Made by a program: the position numbers and the translations under genes | Shown here: one piece after another, positions 30,574 to 41,040 of the stretch | Layout: each line of letters begins with the position of its first letter | How positions within the stretch are numbered: position 1 is the stretch's first letter | Notes under the pieces: model-generated | Database searches by the model: none | The model's input: the letters and a program-made list of their open reading frames with translations, nothing else | What the model was told of the DNA's origin: nothing | Virus record (IMG/VR): IMGVR_UViG_3300027852_000003 | Span: 1 to 64,000 of that record | DNA: 64,000 bases | Reading direction: 5' to 3' (one strand) | DNA from: a virus

Positions 30574-31155
30574 ATGTCTGTTACCAATACGCCAAAACAA
30601 ACGCTGGTTCCTTTTGTCAATGACGAGGATCTGGACGAGGACAAATCCCGGAAGCTTGCTGTTTCCTTTGTAACTGCCGGGCAATTACCTAATGAACACA
30701 TGGATTTGCGCCGCTATGTCGGGAAAGTTCGCAGGAACCTGAAAATAGAGGCCAAGGTCGGGGAGGATGATTTTACCAAGTTTCAAGGGGTTGCCCTTAT
30801 CCTTGACAGCCTTTCAAGCGCAATTATCGTTAAGGGATTGCTTGATAAGTGGATTATTGAGAATCTTGCCGAGGATGGGGATAAAAAGCGAAAACTTGTT
30901 GATGGGGATGGGAAGGTTTTATCTGTGGTTTCTGAAACATATCCGAAGTATCTTGATCTCGTGGTTCGTTTGTCCGAGAAGTTTTATGCTATGGCTGAGG
31001 AAAACATGAATGCAGCCGGGGGGAAGAGAAAAGGGAAGCGGAGTTTTTCGGAATATGGGAGGTTATTCTTGCAGATAGAAGAGGACAAGAGGAAGCTTTT
31101 GGAAGAGGAAGCAAAACTGAAGAATGTTACCCCTATTAGTTCTGAGGGTGAATAA
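30574..31155 (+). CDS. Putative terminase small subunit (by position)
   Basis: The 193-aa gene abuts the large terminase (stop TAA, then ATG). No motif recognised. Confidence 0.5.
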   Translation: MSVTNTPKQTLVPFVNDEDLDEDKSRKLAVSFVTAGQLPNEHMDLRRYVGKVRRNLKIEAKVGEDDFTKFQGVALILDSLSSAIIVKGLLDKWIIENLAEDGDKKRKLVDGDGKVLSVVSETYPKYLDLVVRLSEKFYAMAEENMNAAGGKRKGKRSFSEYGRLFLQIEEDKRKLLEEEAKLKNVTPISSEGE

Positions 31156-32811
31156 ATGCTTTCGCAAAAACAGATAGAGGTGTATCAGAAGGATATCGTC
31201 GCGTGGGTGAACGATTTGGTGTTTTTCCCTGTCCGCAGAAAGATAGAGAAGATTTTTCCATGGCACTCCCAGGAATGGATGTTGCGTGAAGCAACTGAAA
31301 TGATAGAAATTGACGGGGAGAAATGCCATAAATATACCGTTGCCTGCTTTGGTTTGCCCAAAAGGAACTCCAAGACTTTTCTCGCTGCGATATTGGGGGC
31401 ATGGAACTTTTCGATGTTTTATAATGTTGAAAGCGTTATTGCTTCAAACTCTAAGGAGCAGTCGGCTTCTACAGCCTTTGACAGCATTAAGAAAATAATC
31501 TTGAACTCACCTGAATTGTTTGAGATGGTCGGAGAACAGAATATTCTCGATAAAGAGATAAGAAATCTCGATACTCAGTCTAAGATTGTTGTGGTTTCAA
31601 GTGAGAAAGCTTCTTCCTGGGGATATCCTATTGATATTGCTGTTGTTGATGAGATTCATGCGGCTCCTGATGGGGAGGGGTTATATCAGGTTCTTGCTTC
31701 CCAGACGGGGGACAGGGATGGACAGATTATTTTGCCATCTCAGGTCTCTCCAAAGTCCAATATTTTTTATAAACTCTGGGAATTGGCTGGCTCTCCTGTT
31801 TATGAACATGATAAAGATTCCGGGAAATTGATTCAAATTGAAGGCGATACGCCTGTAGATGAACGGATATTTTTTGTTTATCTTGCGGATAAGGTTGAGA
31901 AGCCGAAAGAATATGTTAAATATAATATTTCTCCTTTAATTTCAAGGGCATGGCTCAGCAGCAGGGAGAAACAGCTTACCGGCCCTGATTATAATGCCTT
32001 TCATCGAAATATTTGGATTGGAGCAGGAGGGAAATTATTCAGCCAGGAGCATCTTGACGAAGGCTTTCTTGTAGGAAAAAGCTTGCGGGTTCCTGTCGGG
32101 AAAGAAGAAATAAAGCAGTTGGAGCATGATTTTAAAACAAAGTTTGTTATTGGTGCAGGGCTTGACAGGTCATTGCCTTACAGCAAAAAAGGGGACAGGA
32201 GTGTTTGGACTGTTACGGCGAAAGGATGGTTGACTGGGTTTGATTCTCCTCTTCCTTTTTATATTATTTTAAATCAGGTTGTTTTTCTGCCGGGGCTTGA
32301 TGGCGAATATACTATTAAAAAAACTATATCTGAAGATTTTAAGAGATATTCCATAGACAATACGATTTTTGAAGTTTACCAGGCTGCCGATTTATGCCAA
32401 TGGGCTGAGGGCATGGGCAGAAGAACAGAGCTTATCCATGCAACTGATAATCGTCAGATTCCAATGTTCACCGATTTATATCAGTTTCATAAGGGAAGGC
32501 TTGTTTTCCCTGGTGGGTTGATGGTTGACGTGGGAGACAGGGAAGGGAGAACTTTTTTGAGGAAAGAACTTGATGATTTCGAGCAAACGGTGAAGGGTGA
32601 TCTAAATTCCCTTCCCAAATTTGGGCATCCTGGTAAATATAACAAATTGCGCTCTGAACATACGGAAGTAAAGACAAAATATCATGACGACGCAGTATAT
32701 TCTCTTGGATGGTCGATATATGCAACCAGGGAAGAAAGAGTATATGAACATGTAAAAAGAAAAAAGAGAGATTATGGCCTTTTACCATTAAATAAATTTG
32801 CTGGAAGGTAA
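31156..32811 (+). CDS. terL: Terminase large subunit
   Basis: Walker A-like GLPKRNSKT, Walker B IDIAVVDEIH and a C-terminal nuclease-like HDDAVYSLGW. Size and position fit. Confidence 0.85.
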   Translation: MLSQKQIEVYQKDIVAWVNDLVFFPVRRKIEKIFPWHSQEWMLREATEMIEIDGEKCHKYTVACFGLPKRNSKTFLAAILGAWNFSMFYNVESVIASNSKEQSASTAFDSIKKIILNSPELFEMVGEQNILDKEIRNLDTQSKIVVVSSEKASSWGYPIDIAVVDEIHAAPDGEGLYQVLASQTGDRDGQIILPSQVSPKSNIFYKLWELAGSPVYEHDKDSGKLIQIEGDTPVDERIFFVYLADKVEKPKEYVKYNISPLISRAWLSSREKQLTGPDYNAFHRNIWIGAGGKLFSQEHLDEGFLVGKSLRVPVGKEEIKQLEHDFKTKFVIGAGLDRSLPYSKKGDRSVWTVTAKGWLTGFDSPLPFYIILNQVVFLPGLDGEYTIKKTISEDFKRYSIDNTIFEVYQAADLCQWAEGMGRRTELIHATDNRQIPMFTDLYQFHKGRLVFPGGLMVDVGDREGRTFLRKELDDFEQTVKGDLNSLPKFGHPGKYNKLRSEHTEVKTKYHDDAVYSLGWSIYATREERVYEHVKRKKRDYGLLPLNKFAGR

Positions 32812-32819
32812 GATAAGGC

Positions 32820-32893
32820 TTGACATTGTGTTTTGTTTGTGCAATTTAAAATTAAAGTGACAATTTACGGCATTTAATGACAAATTTTGTCAC
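32820..32893 (+). promoter_or_regulatory. Putative promoter/operator of the terminase-portal insert
   Basis: TTGACA lies at 32820-32825 with only a weak -10. Inverted repeat GTGACAA (32857-32863) / TTGTCAC (32887-32893). Confidence 0.3.
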
Positions 32894-32918
32894 TTTTGCT
32901 TTAACAAATGGAGGTGGT

Positions 32919-33266
32919 ATGCCGGGTAAAACGAATGGCAGCAATAATATGATACAGGGATGCGGCGAGTTTGGTTTCGCTTGTAATGATTTGGTAGCAT
33001 CCGAAACAGGCAAATTACAGTTAAGTATTAATATTTGCAAAAAGTTACTAAACAGTAAACCCAATGCAAAAATATTATCACACATAATTCACAGTGCTTC
33101 GTTATCTCTACCGGCCATCGCAGCCGAAAGAACATTGGCAAATAACTTGCGAGAACACCCGATGTTTGGAATTTGTTGTTCTGATGACAAATGGTCTAAG
33201 TCTTATCAAGAATGGAAAATAGTTTTAGATATTGCCATAAAACAAGTGTCGGAATTGGATTGCTAA
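32919..33266 (+). CDS. Hypothetical protein (115 aa), insert gene 1
   Basis: GGAGGTGGT precedes the ATG at 32919. Confidence 0.55.
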   Translation: MPGKTNGSNNMIQGCGEFGFACNDLVASETGKLQLSINICKKLLNSKPNAKILSHIIHSASLSLPAIAAERTLANNLREHPMFGICCSDDKWSKSYQEWKIVLDIAIKQVSELDC

Positions 33267-33297
33267 TATTAATTGATTATCTGTGGGGAGAACAATA

Positions 33298-34095
33298 ATG
33301 AGGCAAGAGCTTAAAGACCAACTTTATGGAGCTTTCGTTTCGCTTGGAGCTAAACCAGAATTTCTTAATATGGTAGGCTCTTTGAAAAATACCTCTGATG
33401 AAGATATTCTGTCTGATTTAAAAGCACTGAATAATTCTAAAACTGTGGGAATCAACCAGATTGTTGCAAACATGAACATAGAAAAATATGCAAAATCACG
33501 GCTCGGACTTTATGGAATAAAAACTAATTATATTGATTTATGTGGCATGGCTCCAATGCTTGAACTTCTTGAAGATCAGATAGACCGTGTTATTCTTACT
33601 ACTGAGCGAAAATGTTGGTTATTGAGGAAACATCCAAAGTTGTGGAAAATAAGTGGCTTCCGCATTTTTTGGTGCGTTTGGTGTGAAATTTCTTCGTTTG
33701 TTCGCAACGAAATTAGATATTTTCGGCAACATTATTGTAAAAGGCAAACCAGGTTGGATATTTTGAATAGTTTAGAAAAAGAGCTTTACGACGTAGCTAA
33801 TAAAATTGTCGGAGATCTTGGGCCAAGTACGAACAGTTCGATAGCGGCAAATTGTGAAAAATATGTTTCATTTGCCTTTAGAACCAAAGATTTAGCCGAA
33901 ATCAAAAACGTATGGAGCAAGTGGATTAATGCATATGTTGATTTTGCAAAATTAGTCAAGCCAGAAGGTGCTGATATTGATAATAACCCGCATCTTACTA
34001 TTTTTTGGCGGATGAGGCCAGAAATACGAGAGCATGAAAATGAAGTTATCGTTTATTCAAGGCTATTAATTTCAAGGTTCCAGGAACATAAATGA
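33298..34095 (+). CDS. Hypothetical protein (265 aa), insert gene 2
   Basis: GGGGAGAACAATA precedes the ATG at 33298. Contains RYFRQH (an R-x4-H match, a weak HEPN-like hint). Confidence 0.7.
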   Translation: MRQELKDQLYGAFVSLGAKPEFLNMVGSLKNTSDEDILSDLKALNNSKTVGINQIVANMNIEKYAKSRLGLYGIKTNYIDLCGMAPMLELLEDQIDRVILTTERKCWLLRKHPKLWKISGFRIFWCVWCEISSFVRNEIRYFRQHYCKRQTRLDILNSLEKELYDVANKIVGDLGPSTNSSIAANCEKYVSFAFRTKDLAEIKNVWSKWINAYVDFAKLVKPEGADIDNNPHLTIFWRMRPEIREHENEVIVYSRLLISRFQEHK

Positions 34096-35801
34096 AAAAA
34101 CCTTCCGCAAAAATTCTGGAAAGAGCAAAAAAACAGCTTCAGGAAAACTTTGAGGCTTCCAATGCCCTTGTGAAAAAAAAATCTCCTGCTTGGAAAAGCT
34201 ACAGAGATTTGTATCTTTCGCAGCAAGTCGAGAGAGATCATGAATGGGAATCCAATCTGGTAATGCCAAAGGGCGATCAGATTATAGAAACAATCGCTCC
34301 GAGAATAATGGCTGCGATTTTTTCTGTTGCAGACTGGATTACAATAAAAAATCCCGACATAGAACAGGCAGATCTTCTTGCGCTTCAAAAAGAATTTGCC
34401 CATATTCTCGATAGAAAATCAAATTTTTACTTAACCGCTGTAGAATTGTTCAAGGAAGCTTCTACTATAGGAACATCTTTCTGCAAGATATATCCAAAGG
34501 GGCAGTTTCCATTTACGGAGTTTGTGGCGGCCGAAAACTTTGGCCCTGATCCTTCCTGCAATAAGCCGGGAAGAATTGATGACATGCGATACTGCTATCA
34601 TTTGTCCCAGAAAAGCTTGTCTCAACTTTCCCGCTTAAAGGCTCCGTCTGTTGGTTCCGGCCCAGAGAATACAGGTTATTTTTATGAAGGGCTGGAAAAT
34701 GTATATTTTGATCTCGATAAATTGGGAAAAAATAAGGTTTTACAAAAAGATGCCTTTATAGTGAAAGAAAGCGACGGAGGCGAAACAAGCGCAGAAGCGA
34801 CAGGCTCGCCGGTATATGATTTGATCGAATATTGGGGAGAATTTGAAGTTAAAAGTGGAGTATGGGAAGAATATGTTATAACCGCAGTTCTTGGGGGAGA
34901 CAGGATAGAAAACATTATCAGATGTGAGCCTTCTACCAATTATTTTGAAGTGGAAGCAGAAGGGGAAAAAGAATATTACAAGCCTTTTGTTTCTTCTATT
35001 TATCAGATAGTTCCTGGTTCTTTTTATGGAAAAGGAGCTTTGCAGGCGGTAGAATCTCTTATCGTAGAGCAAAAAGAACATCATGATTTGTTTCTTGATC
35101 AGCACAAAAGATCGTTGACAAATATTGTTCAGGTATTGGAAAACTCTGGCTTAACAGAGGATGACTTAATCCGCAAGCCGGATTCCATCTGGTTCCTGAG
35201 GAATCATGATGATGTAAAAATTATTGATACCCCTGAAGTAAATTTTGGGGCATTCGGCAATATGCACAGTATTCTTGACAGAGAAATTGAAAAAACAAGC
35301 AGGGCTACCGCAGAAACAGTTGGCATAGGGCAGTCCAAAAGAGAAACCCTGGGAGAATTTACCGGGTTGATGGCTGCCGCTGAAAAAGTTTTTACTCTGT
35401 TTATTCAGCAGGCCGACAGATTGACTTTACGGCCTTTGGCAGAAAAAACTTTCAATATTCTTAAGCGTGGAAAGGAAGATGGGTTTTTCCAAAATATTGA
35501 GTTTAATTTTGCCGCTACAGCAGTAGAAACTGAATATTCAAAATACAGTAAGCAACAGCAGTTCCCTAATCTTTTGAGGGAAATAGGAGGTATTTTACAG
35601 AATGATCCGACATATCAGTTTGATATTATTAAAATTTTAAAAATGATGGACAGTTTGTATGATTTTAAGGAAACATCCGACTTTGTTAAGCAAAGAGAAG
35701 CGATGATCCCTATTGCTGCTTTGCCGGAGGAAATACGGCCTATTGCGGTTGAAATAATGCAGGAAATCAGCAAGCAGCAAGGCGAGGAGGTTCCAGCATG
35801 A
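34092..35801 (+). CDS. Portal protein (by size and position)
   Basis: 569 aa, downstream of terL and upstream of the scaffold and capsid genes. Confidence 0.7.
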   Translation: MKKPSAKILERAKKQLQENFEASNALVKKKSPAWKSYRDLYLSQQVERDHEWESNLVMPKGDQIIETIAPRIMAAIFSVADWITIKNPDIEQADLLALQKEFAHILDRKSNFYLTAVELFKEASTIGTSFCKIYPKGQFPFTEFVAAENFGPDPSCNKPGRIDDMRYCYHLSQKSLSQLSRLKAPSVGSGPENTGYFYEGLENVYFDLDKLGKNKVLQKDAFIVKESDGGETSAEATGSPVYDLIEYWGEFEVKSGVWEEYVITAVLGGDRIENIIRCEPSTNYFEVEAEGEKEYYKPFVSSIYQIVPGSFYGKGALQAVESLIVEQKEHHDLFLDQHKRSLTNIVQVLENSGLTEDDLIRKPDSIWFLRNHDDVKIIDTPEVNFGAFGNMHSILDREIEKTSRATAETVGIGQSKRETLGEFTGLMAAAEKVFTLFIQQADRLTLRPLAEKTFNILKRGKEDGFFQNIEFNFAATAVETEYSKYSKQQQFPNLLREIGGILQNDPTYQFDIIKILKMMDSLYDFKETSDFVKQREAMIPIAALPEEIRPIAVEIMQEISKQQGEEVPA

Positions 35802-36163
35802 AAGACATGAAGAACAAAAAGGGAGGGATAACGCAAAAACCGGCGACGACAAGGGTAGAAAAGCCGTTAACGGACTTGCAGAGAAAGATTGATAGAGAGG
35901 TAAGAAAAGAACGAGCGGCAAAACTGGAAGATTTCCTTTTTAATACTGAACTTGGAAAATTTTTCATAAAAACATTAGAGGTAAGAAAAGCTGAATTGTG
36001 TCTTCAGGGAATGACAGGCAAGAAAATTACAGATTGGGGAGACTATAGAGAGGGCAGAGGGAGAATTTTAGAAATTGACGATTTATACAATACTGTAATG
36101 GGCGACATTAGATGGTTGAGAAAACTTAGAAATCAGAAGGTACGTTGGAAAAAAGAAATTTAA
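35798..36163 (+). CDS. Hypothetical head-module protein (121 aa)
   Basis: ORF track entry with an ATGA overlap with the portal gene. Confidence 0.65.
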   Translation: MKDMKNKKGGITQKPATTRVEKPLTDLQRKIDREVRKERAAKLEDFLFNTELGKFFIKTLEVRKAELCLQGMTGKKITDWGDYREGRGRILEIDDLYNTVMGDIRWLRKLRNQKVRWKKEI

Positions 36164-36180
36164 TCTTTTAGGAGGTTGTA

Positions 36181-37062
36181 ATGACTGAAGAAAAAACGGG
36201 CGTTAAAATTGAAGATTCCGAGGGATCGCCGCTCTTGGATGAAAAGGACGTTAAAGTTGACGTGGAGACGTCTTCCACGGAAGGAGCAGAAAAGGGGGGT
36301 AATGAAACACCTGAAACAGTTCCGTATGAAGCTTTACAGGCAAAGGTATCAAAAATAGCAGAGTTGGAAGCCAAAATTGAAAACTTAACGCAGGAAGAAG
36401 CCCCGGCTCTGGACAACGGGACAGAAAAAGACTGGTTCGCCGATGAAGGGAATGGAAACGATACTACTCAGCAGAACCAGGCTCCTGTTCAGCAACCGGA
36501 TATAGAAGAAATTGAAGCAGAGCTGGCTGAGCAGATGATTTCGACTCCGTTGAAAGCTCTTACTCCATTCATCAAACAAATGATGATTGCTTACGACAAA
36601 GAAAAGCAAACGGCAAGAAGTCTGCCTGGCTATGACAATTTCCAGGATGAAATTTCCAAAGTCCCGGATAATATTGTTTACCAGGCGTTGTCAAACCCGG
36701 AACTTGTAAGGGCATTGTTAGCGAAGGAACGATATTCTGGGAAAAAGGAAAGAGCCATGGCAGCACAACAGGCGAAAGAGGCCGGTAAATTGCAAAATTC
36801 TTCTCAAGACGAAAATGCTTCTCTTCTGGAATTGAAAAATAAATATATCGAGGAAGGGAAACAGGCTGTTTTGGCTGAGATGAAAAAGAAGTCCGGGCAG
36901 ATAGCTGAAGGCTCGGCTGCTGCTTCTTCATCTGCTTCTGGGAATGTTGCTAATGTGCTTGACGAAAAAGGCAAGGCACTTATGGCAAAAATGGGAATAA
37001 CGAGCGATGACGCCTTGACGGAAGTTGTCAACAACCTAGATGCTTACTTGAAAGGAAATTAA
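36181..37062 (+). CDS. Scaffolding-like protein (acidic, Ala/Glu/Lys-rich, coiled-coil character)
   Basis: Assigned by composition and by its position before the capsid gene. Confidence 0.55.
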   Translation: MTEEKTGVKIEDSEGSPLLDEKDVKVDVETSSTEGAEKGGNETPETVPYEALQAKVSKIAELEAKIENLTQEEAPALDNGTEKDWFADEGNGNDTTQQNQAPVQQPDIEEIEAELAEQMISTPLKALTPFIKQMMIAYDKEKQTARSLPGYDNFQDEISKVPDNIVYQALSNPELVRALLAKERYSGKKERAMAAQQAKEAGKLQNSSQDENASLLELKNKYIEEGKQAVLAEMKKKSGQIAEGSAAASSSASGNVANVLDEKGKALMAKMGITSDDALTEVVNNLDAYLKGN

Positions 37063-37593
37063 ATGGAAAACACAAAACCAAGGGGTTTTAATGACCCGGC
37101 TGTCAGGGCAAAAGCAAGAGAAACAATAATGCAAAATAAGGAAAACAAAACCATGGAACCAAGTATTCCAAAAAAAGAAACCGATTCTCCAAAAATTGAA
37201 TTCGTTGCAGATCATTCACAGCAGCCAGACTTTTTTCATGTAGAGGGCAAAGCTGACAAGGCATATTATCATGCCCGAAGAGAACCCAGAAGGGTGGAAG
37301 AGTTAAAGAAAAAAGGATGGGTTGTCGTGGACAGAGATGCTGGGAAAGCTCTAATGGAAGGGACTCCTATTGATTCTACCACCGGCATTCCCGAAGCTAT
37401 CCTGATGGAAAAGCCACGTGATCAATATGATGCTGAACGTCGTGCCAAAATAGCTCAGAAAAACTCTCAATTTTTAAAAGCGCAGGCACAGCAAATAGAT
37501 GGAATGAAAAAATTGATGGGGGCAACTGGATTGGGCACGATCAAGGAAGTACTTGGTGATATGATTAAAAGAAATGAAGCAATAAGGAGGTAA
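37063..37593 (+). CDS. Hypothetical head-assembly protein (176 aa)
   Basis: ORF track entry. It starts at the preceding stop. Confidence 0.65.
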   Translation: MENTKPRGFNDPAVRAKARETIMQNKENKTMEPSIPKKETDSPKIEFVADHSQQPDFFHVEGKADKAYYHARREPRRVEELKKKGWVVVDRDAGKALMEGTPIDSTTGIPEAILMEKPRDQYDAERRAKIAQKNSQFLKAQAQQIDGMKKLMGATGLGTIKEVLGDMIKRNEAIRR

Positions 37594-37599
37594 AATACA

Positions 37600-38544
37600 A
37601 TGGCTGTTATTAGAGCTAATATTTCCAATTTAATGCAAGCAGGGCTTGACCAGATTTTGTTCTCTCCCTGGAAAAAAGCGGATCCTTTCGCGGTCATAAA
37701 TCAGGTTTTCAATGTGTCTTCTTTTGGGCATCAGTATGAAAGATTTATGACTATCGAAGGTGTTCCTCTTTTGTCACAAAAAAATGAAGGGGCAAATTAT
37801 TCTGCTGCGGAACCAGGGGAAGGGTATTACACCGATCTTGAGAGCATTGCATACGGTGTATATACGACTATCACCCATGAAGCGCAGGCAGACGAGAGGT
37901 ATAGTGTTATTTCTCGTTTCCCTAAAGTAATGAGAGAAGCCGCAGAAGCCACTGTTCAGTTTTATGCGTCTTCAGTTTTTACAGGAGGTTTTACTTCGCT
38001 TCCCACATGGCAAAGCGGGAACCGATCTGCAACCGAATATCTTTTCAGCACTTCCCATGCAATGAAAAATGGGAGTACTCAGTCAAATAAACCTTCTACC
38101 GATGCAGATTTAACCGCTACAAGTCTTTGGGCTGCGGTAAATGCTTTTTATACTTTCAAGAATGATGCAGGGTTGCCTTTGGCTATTTCGCCCAAAATTC
38201 TTTTAACCCCGCATCAGTTGCAGCAAAAAGCCACCGAGCTTTTAGACTCCGATAAATACCCGGAAAATGCTGAAAATGCGATTAATGCCCTTAGAAAAAG
38301 AACTGAGATTCAGTCGGTAATCTGGCCATATTGGTTGGGCAATGTTGATGAGGATGCATGGTATTTGCTGGCGGATAAATCGAGTATGGGAAAAGAATAT
38401 CCTCTCCAGTTTCAGTGGAGAGAAAAACCAAGAACAAAAATGACAGTAGAAGATCTGTCCGATAATCTTCTTTATTTCATTTATGAAAGATTTGCCTGCG
38501 GATGGCCTGATTATGTTGGTGCTTACGGTAGCGCAGGAGCATAA
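37600..38544 (+). CDS. Major capsid protein (HK97-fold type, by position, size and general pattern)
   Basis: 314 aa with AAGGAGGTAAAATACA upstream. It follows the scaffold-like genes. Confidence 0.75.
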   Translation: MAVIRANISNLMQAGLDQILFSPWKKADPFAVINQVFNVSSFGHQYERFMTIEGVPLLSQKNEGANYSAAEPGEGYYTDLESIAYGVYTTITHEAQADERYSVISRFPKVMREAAEATVQFYASSVFTGGFTSLPTWQSGNRSATEYLFSTSHAMKNGSTQSNKPSTDADLTATSLWAAVNAFYTFKNDAGLPLAISPKILLTPHQLQQKATELLDSDKYPENAENAINALRKRTEIQSVIWPYWLGNVDEDAWYLLADKSSMGKEYPLQFQWREKPRTKMTVEDLSDNLLYFIYERFACGWPDYVGAYGSAGA

Positions 38545-38566
38545 CAAAACAAGGAGGTAAAAAATT

Positions 38567-39043
38567 ATGGCAAACTTAGATAATCCATGTGGATTTGAGC
38601 CTTATAACCACGAAGGGAACAGTTCTGCCCCAATTCACTGGTATAAACATTCAGCAAGTGATGCTGCGAAAATTACCAAAGGCGATGCAGTGAGAAAAGA
38701 CTTGGCAAATGCGGGATATATAAAAGCAGCTTCGGCAACAGTAGGCTCCCTTTTGGGAATTGCCGGGACTGCTGCGGCTACTGCTACAGCTGTAGATATT
38801 CCGGTGTACGATTCTCCTGATACGATTTTTACAGGACAATGTTCCGGGGATTCTGCGCAAGCTCTTGTTAACAAGCAGTGCGACATTGAGGGAACATCCG
38901 GGATAATGGAGGTTAATGAAAATGCTACCACGGAAAAAGTTATTACTGTAACCGGGGTACATCCTGCGGATGAGCTTGGAACTAATGGCAGGGTGTTGTT
39001 CAAAATTACAAAGCACCAAAACGCAGGGGATCAAACTGCGTAA
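38567..39043 (+). CDS. Capsid decoration/cement-like protein (DUF2190-like pattern)
   Basis: ITKGDAV...GSLLGIAG...VYDSPDTIFTGQ. The pattern is recalled from DUF2190 proteins and lies directly after the capsid gene. Confidence 0.55.
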   Translation: MANLDNPCGFEPYNHEGNSSAPIHWYKHSASDAAKITKGDAVRKDLANAGYIKAASATVGSLLGIAGTAAATATAVDIPVYDSPDTIFTGQCSGDSAQALVNKQCDIEGTSGIMEVNENATTEKVITVTGVHPADELGTNGRVLFKITKHQNAGDQTA

Positions 39044-39113
39044 CCAGAAAAGCGGGTCAGTAACTAAAAATGAGCTTACAAGCTCGTTTATACCCCAAAG
39101 GAGGTAATTAGTT

Positions 39114-39710
39114 ATGGCAGTAACAAGATGGAGTTCACAATTACAACCAACTGATGCTACTGCAAAATATGCAGAATTGCGGATTCCCTGGCAGGCTATT
39201 CTTCAGTCCTACAGCACTAAAGATGCTGCCGGAGCTGGATCGATGCTGGGAACTGGCAATGCAAAAAGTGTCGTGGCTGAGGCAAATTCTTCCGGGCTAG
39301 GCGGGCTTGCTCCAGCCACCGGCGATGAATTAGATTTTTTGGTAAAACTTCCCAATGATTTCGATTCTACGGAAGCATCTTACCTGGATGTTTATTACCA
39401 AACTATAGCAAGTGCTACAAAAGGAAACGTGATAAATTGGCAATGCACCTACAACGCAGTCAACCCGAATGCTTCTACCGCTGCGATTGGAGATGCTACT
39501 AGCACATCTGGGATTACTAATCCTTCCGAAAGAACGCTGGCTACCGGGATAAGCGAAACTTTTTTATTCAAGGACACGGTAACTATTGCGGCATCTACTC
39601 TTACGGCAGGTTATGGGATTCATACCCAGTTAACTTGTGGCGGGGATCATGCCGAGGGTGAATTGATTATTCAGGAAGTGGTTTTGAGATACGTAAAGTT
39701 ATGGATGTAG
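39114..39710 (+). CDS. Hypothetical virion-module protein (198 aa)
   Basis: ORF track entry with AAAGGAGGTAATTAGTT upstream. Confidence 0.7.
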   Translation: MAVTRWSSQLQPTDATAKYAELRIPWQAILQSYSTKDAAGAGSMLGTGNAKSVVAEANSSGLGGLAPATGDELDFLVKLPNDFDSTEASYLDVYYQTIASATKGNVINWQCTYNAVNPNASTAAIGDATSTSGITNPSERTLATGISETFLFKDTVTIAASTLTAGYGIHTQLTCGGDHAEGELIIQEVVLRYVKLWM

Positions 39711-39771
39711 GAAGGGAAAAGGTGGCTTAAAAAAATCTATTTAAATTCAAAAAAAAGGAGAGGTTATTCCA

Positions 39772-39828
39772 AAAAGGGGATTTTCGATGTATAATAAAAA
39801 TATGTTGGGGATCCCCTTTTGTTTTTTT
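39772..39828 (+). terminator. Rho-independent terminator closing the capsid operon
   Basis: AAAAGGGGAT (39772-39781) pairs with ATCCCCTTTT (39811-39820); alternatively, the local palindrome GGGGATCCCC forms. The run TTTTGTTTTTTT spans 39817-39828, its first four T overlapping the 3' stem arm. Confidence 0.6.
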
Positions 39829-39892
39829 ATGTAATAATAAACTGAGAGGCGGTTGTTTAGACATCTACGATAACCTTCTTTTTGAGGATAAA

Positions 39893-40000
39893 ATGATAAA
39901 TTTGGTAGTTATTTTTTTATTTAGTGTTGCAGTTATTGGAATATTGACAGGAATAATATTTTCGGCACATCTATTTTATAGGATTATTAAGGGAACTTAA
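39893..40000 (+). CDS. Possible 35-aa hydrophobic peptide
   Basis: GAGGATAAA lies upstream of the ATG. Sequence: MINLVVIFLFSVAVIGILTGIIFSAHLFYRIIKGT. Confidence 0.3.
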   Translation: MINLVVIFLFSVAVIGILTGIIFSAHLFYRIIKGT

Positions 40001-40077
40001 CATTCTCACTTGAGTGGCGAGAGGAACGAACATCCGAATCGAAGCAGTTGTTAGTAATTTTTTACAGAAAGGATACT

Positions 40078-41040
40078 GTGAAAATAGTTATTTTTGATAG
40101 ATACAAGACTTTTGATTTTCATCACGGGCATATGGTTTCTCATCTTGGGAAAAAGCATGAAGTTCTTTACGTTGATAAACCAATCCCTCAAGATCAAATA
40201 AGAATTTTGATGCGAGGGAATGATCTGGCATGGTTTGAGTTTTGTGATGATATGTTCCGGGAAGCAATGCGGCATCCCAAGGAGTCAAAGGTAGTTTGTA
40301 GGCTTCATTCAATGGAATTATTTACTCCTGTTCCCTTGAACACTTACTGGTTGAATTGCGACAGGCTTTTACTTGTGAGCAAAGAAATAGAAATACTGAT
40401 GAAAAGAGTAAAAGAAAACTCAAAAATTCCGCTTTCTTCTATGGATATTTTGCCGAATGGTGTTGATTTCAATTTATTTAAGTGGAAGGGAAAACAGTAT
40501 GGCAATAAAATAGCCTGGATTGGCTGGATTAATCATAAAAAAAATCCACAAATGATTTTATATCTGGCAGACGCTCTGAAGAAAAAAGGCATGGATTATA
40601 CTTTCCATGCCATTGGTCGCTTTCAGGAACCCAGGTATGAGTTGTATTTATCTGATATGATAAAAAAGATGAACCTATCTGATACCGTGTTTTTTGAAGG
40701 CTGGGTAGATAACAAAAATCTTCCCGATTGGCTTGAAGATAAGTCCTATAATCTTTCTACTTCTCTTTTTGAATCTTTCGGCAATTCTATAATAGAAAGT
40801 ATGGGAAGCGGTTTAATCCCGTTAATTCACGATTTTTATGGATCAGGTGAAAGATTTGGCAAGGATTGTATTTTTACCGGGATAGATAGTTTTATTAATT
40901 TGCTGGAACATTTTGAGAAATTAAGCAATGAAGAAAAACAGCAGTTAAGCAAGAAAAAGAGAAAAATGGTTGGGCAATATGAAATCGGAAAACAGTTAAA
41001 AAAGTTGGACTTTATAATTGAATCGGTGATGGAAGAATGA
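40078..41040 (+). CDS. Glycosyltransferase, GT-B fold (GT4/GT1-like)
   Basis: ESFGNSIIESMGSGLIP is an E-x7-E motif. The start is uncertain (GTG 40078 or TTG 40048). Confidence 0.75.
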   Translation: MKIVIFDRYKTFDFHHGHMVSHLGKKHEVLYVDKPIPQDQIRILMRGNDLAWFEFCDDMFREAMRHPKESKVVCRLHSMELFTPVPLNTYWLNCDRLLLVSKEIEILMKRVKENSKIPLSSMDILPNGVDFNLFKWKGKQYGNKIAWIGWINHKKNPQMILYLADALKKKGMDYTFHAIGRFQEPRYELYLSDMIKKMNLSDTVFFEGWVDNKNLPDWLEDKSYNLSTSLFESFGNSIIESMGSGLIPLIHDFYGSGERFGKDCIFTGIDSFINLLEHFEKLSNEEKQQLSKKKRKMVGQYEIGKQLKKLDFIIESVMEE

